Assembly: GCA_018400015.1 (NCBI GenBank)
Contig: JAGYNB010000001.1
Span: 198,815 to 262,814 of the forward strand
DNA: 64,000 nucleotides
Direction of reading: 5' to 3'
From: Candidatus Omnitrophota bacterium
GTDB taxonomy: Bacteria; Omnitrophota; Gorgyraeia; Gygaellales; Gygaellaceae
The notes beneath the pieces were generated by a model. It was not told where the DNA came from, ran no database searches, and worked only from the letters and a program-made list of their open reading frames with translations. Numbering within the stretch: position 1 is the stretch's first letter; each line of letters opens with the position of its first letter. The translations under genes and the position numbers were made by a program. Shown one piece after another: positions 40,816 through 48,375 of the stretch.

Positions 40816-41292
40816 ATGAAACATAAACAAAAAAGAAAATGCCGTTTTTGTGGGATGCCGCTTGAGGGCCTGGGGGCAAAGATTATTTATTTGTTTTCTG
40901 GCAACAAGGCAAGCGAAGAAGATAGCCACATCTGTATCAAATGCCATAAAAAAATTGAGCGTAGACAATTTGAAAGATTTTTAGTACAATATGAAACCGG
41001 TCTTAGGCATTTTGAAAATGAAGATTTTGCTTTAGCTAATACTCACGATCTTAGCGAGGGCGGAGCCAAGGTAGAATCGAAGATGGTTTTGATGAAGGGT
41101 AAGGCCGTTCATCTGAAGCTTTTTTTGGAGCATTTAAGAGAATATATAGATTTAGTTGGTTCTGTTATTTGGTATGATGATTCAAAAAAAGATAAGTTTA
41201 CCTGCGGCATAGAGTTTAAGTATTTAAATCCTCATGCCAAGCAGCGTTTAAAGTCGCTCATTGAAGAAGCAAAGAAGATAAGAAAAAAATAG
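40816..41292 (+). CDS. PilZ-domain c-di-GMP receptor with N-terminal zinc ribbon
   Basis: RRQFERF and DLSEGG PilZ motifs are present. An N-terminal CRFC...CIKC ribbon precedes them. The start was taken at the Met just after the recR stop. Confidence 0.6.
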   Translation: MKHKQKRKCRFCGMPLEGLGAKIIYLFSGNKASEEDSHICIKCHKKIERRQFERFLVQYETGLRHFENEDFALANTHDLSEGGAKVESKMVLMKGKAVHLKLFLEHLREYIDLVGSVIWYDDSKKDKFTCGIEFKYLNPHAKQRLKSLIEEAKKIRKK

Positions 41293-41296
41293 ATAT

Positions 41297-41569
41297 TCCC
41301 CCGTAGCTCAGTTGGTAGAGCGAGTGGCTGTGTAATAAAACGCAGCTTCTGCGGGAAACCGTGGTTGAAACAGCGGGCTAATTCAGGGAAGTCCTTTAAA
41401 AAGGATAATCCTGAGCTAAGTCGTCACTAAAGTGGCGTAAATGTGCAGAGACTATATACCCGCCTCCCGTAACGTTAAGTCGTGGGAGAAGAGATAGTCC
41501 AAGTCCGGTAGTAATATCGGGTTACTTGTAACCACCAGGTCCGAGGTTCGAGTCCTCGCGGGGGAGCCA
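41297..41569 (+). tRNA. tRNA-Asn (GUU) interrupted by a group I intron in the anticodon loop
   Basis: The exons fold into a canonical tRNA: acceptor tcccccg/cggggga, D-arm agctcagttggtagagc, T-arm ggttcgagtcc identical to bacterial tRNA-Asn, discriminator G and encoded CCA. The spliced anticodon loop reads ct-GUU-aa. Confidence 0.75.
41332..41528 (+). ncRNA. group I self-splicing intron (IC3/Azoarcus-like, ~197 nt)
   Basis: Conserved core elements are visible: GGGAAACC P2 tetraloop region, R-like gcagAGACUAtata and S-like AAGAgAUAGUCC. The exon ends in U, which pairs with the G of an internal guide gcagc. The intron ends in G. Boundaries are ±2 nt. Confidence 0.7.
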
Positions 41570-41621
41570 GTCTTGACAATCAGCCGAAACTGAATAGTAT
41601 CGGATCTGGTTAACACTTAAA

Positions 41622-41654
41622 CCCCACAAGTTTTAATCGGCTTGTGGGTTTTTT
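41622..41654 (+). terminator. rho-independent terminator after tRNA-Asn
   Basis: A ccccacaag...cttgtggg hairpin is followed by a T6 run. Confidence 0.6.
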
Positions 41655-41670
41655 GATGTAAGGAAGATAT

Positions 41671-42012
41671 ATGAAAATATTAGAAAATATTATATCGAAT
41701 GTTGAACTAAAAAGAATAGCAAAAGCGTCTTTTGGAGATTTGGTCAAAGCTGTCGTTGATGTTGACCGTGAACTGGTTGCGATCGATGCGGAACTTCATT
41801 CGGATTTAGAAGCTTTATTTCTAGAAAACGGCTCTAAATAAAACAGTCTTTGCGGCATTAATTTTTATCCTGATCTTGAAGGCGAAGAGTTTATTGAGTT
41901 TGATTCAATGATCCATTTATGTCCTTCTCAAGGGAATATGACCAGAGGAATTGATTCAAAAGATATTCAGGCAAAGATAATATGTATTGTAAATAAATGG
42001 GTGAAACGATGA
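41671..42012 (+). pseudogene. conserved small ORF interrupted by an in-frame TAA (41839-41841) at an expected Gln position
   Basis: A single reading frame runs MKILENIIS...LENGSK-TAA-NSLCGINFYPD...VNKWVKR. An RBS aggaag lies upstream. From memory, homologues read GSKQENLWGIN(L)YP. Confidence 0.5.
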
Positions 42013-42335
42013 GCCCACAATATAATGAACTTGCAAGTGGACGTTGGTTCAAGATGTCATTAGCAGAACAAATGGCAAATATCGGCAGCGAAGTTAGTAG
42101 AGCCTTGAATTGGCAAAAAAAAGAAAGAAAAGAGCTGTCCATAAAGGCATTTAATCGAGCTTTGGAACTGTTAGATATGACAGTTTCCTCAGTAAAAAAA
42201 TATTCTACGCTTAAAGAGCTTCTCAGAGTTAGAGAAGCTTTAATCGATTTTTTTTATGGGGTGAATGAATTTGCTTCATCGGAAATCTTATGGCGAAAAT
42301 ATTTTGACCATTTTGTTTATTTGGCGAGAAAATAG
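42009..42335 (+). CDS. hypothetical protein, translationally coupled (ATGA overlap) to upstream interrupted ORF
   Basis: An ~108-aa helical protein whose start overlaps the preceding stop by 4 nt. It could be MazG-like or HEPN-like; this is unresolved. Confidence 0.4.
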   Translation: MSPQYNELASGRWFKMSLAEQMANIGSEVSRALNWQKKERKELSIKAFNRALELLDMTVSSVKKYSTLKELLRVREALIDFFYGVNEFASSEILWRKYFDHFVYLARK

Positions 42336-42372
42336 ATTCACGAATAAACGTTTGACAATATTTATTAAATTT

Positions 42373-42428
42373 ACAGGCGATGGAGTTCGCCATTAACCGC
42401 CTCAACAAGGCTGATAACTCCTTACAAT
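42373..42428 (+). promoter_or_regulatory. fluoride riboswitch (crcB RNA motif)
   Basis: The sequence aGGCGATGGaGTTCGCCattAACCGCCtcaacaaGGCTGATaACTCCTtAC matches the crcB motif consensus. It lies directly upstream of crcB. Confidence 0.8.
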
Positions 42429-42448
42429 AAAAAAGGAGGAATTAGTTT

Positions 42449-42838
42449 ATGTTGAGGCTTTTTTATATAAGTGCAGGTGGCGCAGTTGGTGCATTAATGC
42501 GTTATTGGCTTTCAGGTGTGATCCAGCGTTTTTTTAATGGAGGCTTTCCGTGGGGGACACTGGGCGTAAACCTGATTGGATCATTGATTATAGGAATTTT
42601 GTGGGGGACATTTGAAACAGTTATTATCTCAGAGAATGTTAAGTTAATGATATTTATTGGCTTGCTTGGTTCCTTTACAACTTTCTCTACTTTTTCACTG
42701 GAGAGTTTTCATCTTATTCGTGACGGAGAATATAGTTTTTTCCTTATGAATGCGATAGCAAGTTTTCTTTTGGGTATTACCTTGGTGTTTGTCGGTTATT
42801 TTATCAGTCAATATCTATTTGTTTTGATAAGGAGGTAA
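42449..42838 (+). CDS. crcB: fluoride ion channel CrcB/Fluc
   Basis: 129-aa ORF with four TM helices and the GxxGxxTTFSTF motif. Confidence 0.85.
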   Translation: MLRLFYISAGGAVGALMRYWLSGVIQRFFNGGFPWGTLGVNLIGSLIIGILWGTFETVIISENVKLMIFIGLLGSFTTFSTFSLESFHLIRDGEYSFFLMNAIASFLLGITLVFVGYFISQYLFVLIRR

Positions 42839-42843
42839 CAAAA

Positions 42844-43185
42844 ATGAAGCTTCCCGAAGAAGGAACATTATTACGTATATTTTTTGGCGAATCAGATAAG
42901 CATAATAGCAAACCGCTTTATGAGGCCGTAGTAGTTAAAGCTCGTGAATTAGGTCTTGCCGGAGCCACCGTTATCAGAGGTATTATGGGTTTTGGGGCAG
43001 ATAGCCGTATGCATAGCGCAAAAATATTAAGATTGTCAAGTGATCTTCCGGTTATAGTTGAAATTGTCGATTCAAAAGAAAATATCCAGAAACTTATGCC
43101 TTTTCTTGATGAAGTTGTGCAGGAAGGCTTAATTACTATGGAAAAAGTAAGGGTTATAAAATACCGGCATAAAGATTGTGGATAA
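42844..43185 (+). CDS. DUF190 (PII-like) protein commonly co-regulated with crcB
   Basis: 113-aa ORF resembling DUF190 family members. The conserved GxxGFG motif is present. Confidence 0.7.
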   Translation: MKLPEEGTLLRIFFGESDKHNSKPLYEAVVVKARELGLAGATVIRGIMGFGADSRMHSAKILRLSSDLPVIVEIVDSKENIQKLMPFLDEVVQEGLITMEKVRVIKYRHKDCG

Positions 43186-43260
43186 GCACATCTTTTTATA
43201 ATAATCATTTTATTTTGTTGTATAGTATTACCGGATATAATTAGGATATAGTATGAAATT

Positions 43261-43298
43261 ACCCTCTTGCAGCATTTAGTTGCGGAGGGTTTTTGTTT
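43261..43298 (+). terminator. putative intrinsic terminator after crcB-DUF190
   Basis: An imperfect hairpin (accctc...gagggt) is followed by a T-run. Confidence 0.4.
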
Positions 43299-43329
43299 GT
43301 GATAGAGTATATAAAAGAAAAGAGGGGAT

Positions 43330-43788
43330 ATGACAAAAAAGCCTAAATCCAAAGTTGTTGCAGTTAAGCGCAGGAAAGAAGTTGTTACAGATGAGATTGT
43401 TGAGGGGATTCAGCAGAGTTTAAGCGCCATAGAGAGGAAGTTGGATCTTCTGATAAATCAGTCTTCAAGAAAGCCTTTTGAGCAAAACCGTTCTCAGGGT
43501 TTTAATCGTTTCAATCGCCGCGATAGAGATTCCAGAGAAAGAACCTATACCCGCGCTGTTTGTGCAGAATGTCATCAGGAATGTGAAATTCCGTTTAAAC
43601 CTACCGGAGACCGCCCAGTATACTGCAAAGATTGTTTCGCGAAGCATAAAAACAGCAGTTCGTTTGATTCAAATCGAGGCGACAGGCCTGAAAGAAAAGA
43701 TTTTTCTCCAAGGGGGCGTTTTGATAAAAGGCCGAGATCTGATAAAAAGAAGATGCAGTTTGCCGGACGTAGAAAAAGAAGGGCATAA
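43330..43788 (+). CDS. highly basic protein with C4 zinc ribbon (CxxC-x17-CxxC, DksA/TraR-like spacing)
   Basis: The motif CAECHQECEIPFKPTGDRPVYCKDC is present. The protein is Arg/Lys-rich with low-complexity tails. Function unknown; probably nucleic-acid binding. Confidence 0.5.
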   Translation: MTKKPKSKVVAVKRRKEVVTDEIVEGIQQSLSAIERKLDLLINQSSRKPFEQNRSQGFNRFNRRDRDSRERTYTRAVCAECHQECEIPFKPTGDRPVYCKDCFAKHKNSSSFDSNRGDRPERKDFSPRGRFDKRPRSDKKKMQFAGRRKRRA

Positions 43789-43806
43789 ATATTTAGACAT
43801 AGCAAT

Positions 43807-45411
43807 ATGAATGCAAAGCAGGCCGTAAATTGGCTGGATCCGCAAAAGTGGCAAAACACCTCCGTTTTAGAAAAATTAAATCTACTTAAACAAATCAGAT
43901 ATAATCTAAAACGCTATATGTTTGATTTAGTTCAGGCAGATTGCGAGATGAAAGGTATTGATACTCGAGATAAAAATACCTTTCATATGCAGGCAGTCAG
44001 CTGGCAGGGCACGATTGTGCCTATTGCCAGCAATGTCAGCTCCTGTATTAAGATTTATGAAGGTTTAGTCAAAGGTATAATGTCTAAGCCTTTGAAGATT
44101 AAAAGATTAAAAGATGACTTGTATGACGCAGAGGTATTCCCAAAGTATATAAAAGACAAGATTCTTTATTTTGACCGCAAGGATTATCTTAGGATTAAAG
44201 GAGAACCCAAACAAGCCAATCCATTAGAAAAAAAAGGCGGTATTATAGCTATTTTAGCTGCTGGCAATTACAGTTCTTCTTTTGAAATGATCAGGGCTTT
44301 ATTTATCGATAACTGCGCGGTTGTGCATAAATCGCATGAGTTAAATAAGATAACTGATATAATCTGGCAAAAAATATTTAAGCCTTTGGTTGAGGCAAAA
44401 GCAGTAAGCTTTTCTGATTTAGACCAAGGCAAGGATTTAGTAAAAGATTCTAGAATCGATAAGATTTATTTTACAGGGGGCACTTCTACTGCAAAAGCGA
44501 TATTGGCTTCGACTAAAACAGAACTAGTTTGTGAATGCGGCGGCAATAACCCTTGTATAATTGTTCCTGGTGTTAAGCCCTGGAGTAAAGCGCAAATCAG
44601 ACATCACGCAATCGGCCTTGCCACAATTGCAAAGTTAAACGGCGGCGCAATCTGCGGGAGACTGCAGACAATTATTACATGCAGGAACTGGCCGCAGAGA
44701 AATGAGTTTATTTTTGCGCTAAAAGAAGCCTTAGAATTTGATACACCCGCAGTAAGCTCATATTATCCTCACACTGATAAAATATTTGAAGATTTTAAAA
44801 GACATTATCCTTTAGTCAGCGCCATAAAACCAAAAGATAATACCGCAGTTAAATCGGAATTTTTATTTATTGAAGATGTAAAAGATGATTATGCTTTGCA
44901 GCATGAAGCATTTTCTCAGGTGATGGGCGAGGTAGCTTTGGATACGTCTTGTGATACCGAAGAATTCTTAAAACAGGCTGTTGAATTCTGCAATGACAAG
45001 CTTTTAGGTACTCTGGCTGCTACAATTATAATCGATGATAAAACTTCTGAAAAATATAAAACTGCGCTTGATCAGGCAGTGAATGCTTTAAAATACGGAG
45101 CAATCGGTGTGAATGTTATGGCACCGATGATATGGATGGACCAATATCTTACCTGGGGCGGCAATGAAAAGGGCAAAGAATTGGTTTCTGGAAGGGGTAA
45201 TTTCGGCAATTTATTTAGTTATGGAAATGTTGAAAAATCCATTGCCAGAAGCTCATTTATATCATTGGCGCATTTAAAATTAACTAATAAAAGCTATTTT
45301 TTTGATATATCAAAACAGGTGTCATATTATTCAACATCAGATAGTTGGTATCGGTTGATAGTTATGCTGTTTATTTTGCTTATCGGTAAATTAAAAGGAA
45401 AAGATTTTTAA
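43807..45411 (+). CDS. aldehyde dehydrogenase superfamily-like protein with C-terminal hydrophobic segment
   Basis: An ELVCECGGNNP motif (glutamate-motif-like) and a NGGAICGRLQ catalytic-Cys-like motif are present. The sequence is divergent. Confidence 0.55.
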   Translation: MNAKQAVNWLDPQKWQNTSVLEKLNLLKQIRYNLKRYMFDLVQADCEMKGIDTRDKNTFHMQAVSWQGTIVPIASNVSSCIKIYEGLVKGIMSKPLKIKRLKDDLYDAEVFPKYIKDKILYFDRKDYLRIKGEPKQANPLEKKGGIIAILAAGNYSSSFEMIRALFIDNCAVVHKSHELNKITDIIWQKIFKPLVEAKAVSFSDLDQGKDLVKDSRIDKIYFTGGTSTAKAILASTKTELVCECGGNNPCIIVPGVKPWSKAQIRHHAIGLATIAKLNGGAICGRLQTIITCRNWPQRNEFIFALKEALEFDTPAVSSYYPHTDKIFEDFKRHYPLVSAIKPKDNTAVKSEFLFIEDVKDDYALQHEAFSQVMGEVALDTSCDTEEFLKQAVEFCNDKLLGTLAATIIIDDKTSEKYKTALDQAVNALKYGAIGVNVMAPMIWMDQYLTWGGNEKGKELVSGRGNFGNLFSYGNVEKSIARSSFISLAHLKLTNKSYFFDISKQVSYYSTSDSWYRLIVMLFILLIGKLKGKDF

Positions 45412-45430
45412 ATATGAAAGGAGGCATATC

Positions 45431-45730
45431 ATGCCGGAATTTGGATCGCCTTTTTCAGGGCTTGCTAAGGATAAAAAGATTACCCATGAGGAATTAGTGC
45501 GTGCAATTCGCTTTATGATTGCCGCAGAGTATGAAGCTATACAGCTTTATATGCAGTTAGCCGAGTCAACAGACAATAAACTTGCCAAAGATGTCCTTAA
45601 AGACATAGCAGATGAAGAACGGGTTCATGCAGGTGAGTTTTTGAGACTATTAAAAGAACTTGATCCTGATGAGCAGAAGTTTTATGATGAAGGTGCAGAA
45701 GAAGTAGAGGAAGAGATAAGCGGTAAATAG
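45431..45730 (+). CDS. ferritin-like diiron-carboxylate small protein (rubrerythrin/EncFtn-like)
   Basis: 99-aa ORF with EYEAIQLY and EERVHAGEF (ExxH) motifs. An acidic C-terminal tail is present. Confidence 0.5.
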   Translation: MPEFGSPFSGLAKDKKITHEELVRAIRFMIAAEYEAIQLYMQLAESTDNKLAKDVLKDIADEERVHAGEFLRLLKELDPDEQKFYDEGAEEVEEEISGK

Positions 45731-45867
45731 TATAGCTTATGCCTATGTCCTGTAAGCAGATTGGATAATTCTCTTGCGGTTTTTATCCAATCCTCTTGAT
45801 AACTATAGGTTGCTTAGTTACGATAAATATGATATTTCATAAATGTTATATTTTCTGATAGGTATAA

Positions 45868-46122
45868 GGAAGTGGAGACGAGAAATTATCCAGGGTATTC
45901 GGTATTGTAACTGTCGGCTAAAGAGGCCAGGTGGGTATCCCTGTGAAAGCAAGAAAGCTTCTTAAATTAAAGCAGGGAGAATAGCTTATCGTAATGTCTG
46001 GTTCGCAAGGGGAAAGCGTTATGATCATTTTCATTCCTGTGGAGCGGATTTCCGGTTTCTTAAAAGATTTCAAGAATAGAATCGATGCTTTAAAAAAAGA
46101 GTTCTTAAAGCAGTTGGTTTAA
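45868..46122 (+). pseudogene. decayed AbrB/MazE/SpoVT-family (looped-hinge helix) gene remnant with two in-frame stops
   Basis: A single frame reads GIVTVG-TAA-RGQVGIPVKARKLLKLKQGE-TAG-LIVMSGSQ..., matching the AbrB-type VxVxxKGQIxIPKxIRxxLxLKxGDxL pattern. There is no start codon. Confidence 0.45.
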
Positions 46123-46133
46123 AAAACAGTTAA

Positions 46134-47411
46134 ATGGTTAAACTAATACATAAAGTAAATATATTAATTTTAGGTTTAGGTTTGTTTGTTTTTGTCTGTA
46201 CAGGTTATACCGCTGAAGTACTCTCCTGGCAGGATTGCGTGAAAGAGACGCTTGTAAACAATCCTGATTTGATTGCAGCAAAAGAGCAAGTTGTCCAATC
46301 TGTGCAGGATAAGAATATAAGCGTAAGCAATGTTTTGCCTGATATATCAGCTCAATTAGGTGCTAAAAGGTCGGAATCCGCCGGTGCAAGTGAAGTAAAT
46401 AGTTTTTCCTACAGCGTTACGGGTCAGCAGGTATTATTCGACGGATTTAAGTCAAAATTAGATATTGATTCCGCAGGGAAAACTTTGACTGCCGCAGAAT
46501 ATAATTATTTAGTTGTTTCATCAAATATAAGATTAAATTTGAAAGCAGCTTTTTCTGCGCTTTTAAGGGCTCAGGAGCTTATTTCTTTGACTGAAGAGAT
46601 TTCAAAAAGAAGAGAACAAAACTTAGAACTTGTAAGAGCCAGGTATGAGGCAGGCAGAGAGCATAAAGGTGCAGTTTTGACCGCTGAGGCAGATGCGGCT
46701 CAAGCTGAATTTGAAGTTGCGCAAGCTAAACGAAACCTTGCTCTTGTTCAACAGGAGTTAACAAGAATTTTAGGCCGGGATAAAAAAACATTTATTAAAG
46801 TTAGCGGTAGTTTTGATATTGAAGAAGTAGTTGACGCTAATCCTAATTTTGAGGTGCTAGCGGATGATACAGCGTTTTTAAAGGAGTTGATTGCGAAAAA
46901 GGAAGCCGCGCGTTTTAATTATGATGCTAAAAAAGCGGAGTTTTTTCCTACGGTGTATCTGAACAGCTCTGTTTCTAAAACACGTTCGAAGTGGCCTGTA
47001 GGAGATAACGATTGGTCAGCTGGCGTTACTGTGTCTGTTCCGATTTTTGAAGGAGGCAATAAGATATCCCAGACCAAGAAGGCACAGTCGCAGCTTCAGG
47101 AGGCTTTAGCTAATGAACGAAGCGGCCGTGATAGTGTTATCTATATATTAGAGAAGACTTGGAAAGACTTTAAAGATGCTATTGGATTGCTGATTGTAAA
47201 AGAAAAATTCTTAAAAGCTGCAAGGGAGCGGGCAATGATTGCCAATGCCCAGTATTCATCCGGGTTGGTTAGTTTTGATGATTGGGTAATTATTGAAGAT
47301 AATTTAGTGAGTGCGAAAAAATCTTATCTTGATACGCAGGAGAATTTGTTACTAGCTCAAAGCTATTGGATTCAGGCAAAAGGAGGTACTTTAGATTATG
47401 CTAAAGAATAA
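46134..47411 (+). CDS. TolC-like outer membrane efflux protein
   Basis: 425-aa ORF with a signal/anchor and a two-repeat coiled-coil OEP architecture. Confidence 0.8.
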   Translation: MVKLIHKVNILILGLGLFVFVCTGYTAEVLSWQDCVKETLVNNPDLIAAKEQVVQSVQDKNISVSNVLPDISAQLGAKRSESAGASEVNSFSYSVTGQQVLFDGFKSKLDIDSAGKTLTAAEYNYLVVSSNIRLNLKAAFSALLRAQELISLTEEISKRREQNLELVRARYEAGREHKGAVLTAEADAAQAEFEVAQAKRNLALVQQELTRILGRDKKTFIKVSGSFDIEEVVDANPNFEVLADDTAFLKELIAKKEAARFNYDAKKAEFFPTVYLNSSVSKTRSKWPVGDNDWSAGVTVSVPIFEGGNKISQTKKAQSQLQEALANERSGRDSVIYILEKTWKDFKDAIGLLIVKEKFLKAARERAMIANAQYSSGLVSFDDWVIIEDNLVSAKKSYLDTQENLLLAQSYWIQAKGGTLDYAKE

Positions 47412-48375
47412 ATTTATTTGGTTATTTTTTCTGGCGATTATTTTATCACTTGGCATTAAGTTTTTCTATAAAGCCAATAATACTCTTAATGGCGATACTG
47501 TTGTTAATGAGATTACGCCGATAAAAGGAGATATCAGTATTGTAGTTACTACAACCGGAGTAATCCAGCCACAAAACCGCCTAGAAATAAAACCATCCAT
47601 AACCGGGCGCATTGAAGAGATTTTGGTTAAAGAAGGCTCAATTGTAAAAAAGGGTGATATATTGGCCTGGATGAGTTCGACTGAACGCGCTGCATTAATT
47701 GATGCAGCTATTTCACAAGGGTCTAAGGAAAAGGAATATTGGGAACAAGTGTATAAAAAAGCAGCGATAGTTTCACCTATTGATGCAGAAGTAATTGTGC
47801 GTTCGGTAGAGCCTGGTCAAACTATCTCTACAGGCGATGTAGTGTTAGTTTTATCAGATCTTCTGATCGTGAGCGCACAGTTTGATGAGACAGATATCGG
47901 TCGAGTAAAAATCGGTCAGGATGCAAATATAGTTTTAGATGCTTATCCGGATGTAAAGATTAAGGCAGTAGTGGATCATATAGCTTACGAATCTGAGCTT
48001 GTTAATAATGTTACCATTTATGATGTGGATATATTACCTTGTGAGGTTCCTGAATTCTTCCGCTCCGGAATGAGCGCTAATGTGGAAGTAATAGAAAATC
48101 TGCATAAAGATGTGTTGCTTTTGCCTATCGAAGCAATAGAAAATATTGACGGTGAAAAGTTTGTTAAGGTTAAAAATAAGCAGAACAATTTAATTGAGCG
48201 GCGTAAGGTAAAAATCGGTCTTACGGATATTAATAATGTTGAAGTGCTTTCCGGTCTTGACGCAAACGACGTGGTTATTGTAAAAAGCAATAAATACATA
48301 CCAGTAAAAAGACAGGATGTAGGAATAAATCCTTTTATGCCCAACCGTAACAGGGATAATGATAAAAATAAGTAA
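47398..48375 (+). CDS. periplasmic adaptor (membrane fusion protein, HlyD/MacA family)
   Basis: An N-terminal TM helix is followed by lipoyl, beta-barrel and MP domains. The gene is coupled to the upstream and downstream genes by overlaps. Confidence 0.8.
   Translation: MLKNKFIWLFFLAIILSLGIKFFYKANNTLNGDTVVNEITPIKGDISIVVTTTGVIQPQNRLEIKPSITGRIEEILVKEGSIVKKGDILAWMSSTERAALIDAAISQGSKEKEYWEQVYKKAAIVSPIDAEVIVRSVEPGQTISTGDVVLVLSDLLIVSAQFDETDIGRVKIGQDANIVLDAYPDVKIKAVVDHIAYESELVNNVTIYDVDILPCEVPEFFRSGMSANVEVIENLHKDVLLLPIEAIENIDGEKFVKVKNKQNNLIERRKVKIGLTDINNVEVLSGLDANDVVIVKSNKYIPVKRQDVGINPFMPNRNRDNDKNK

Noticed and set aside
41297-41569. Alternative identity tRNA-His(GUG) for the intron-containing tRNA (reading ct-gtg as the anticodon)
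   Set aside because: That parse would put a G at the end of exon 1 and a T at the intron 3' end, violating the group I U/G splice rule. The discriminator G73 and T-loop match tRNA-Asn, and there is no G-1.
45431-45730. Encapsulin nanocompartment system suggested by the EncFtn-like mini-ferritin
   Set aside because: No HK97-fold shell protein gene is adjacent. The neighbours are an ALDH-like gene and a TolC gene, so the protein is treated as a standalone ferritin-like protein.
41839-45984. Possibility of a reassigned stop codon (alternative genetic code) explaining the in-frame TAA and TAG codons
   Set aside because: Dozens of conserved genes in the window terminate cleanly at TAA, TAG and TGA, for example topA at TGA. 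The conserved genes have no internal stops. The interrupted loci are small accessory genes, so pseudogenisation is the simpler explanation.
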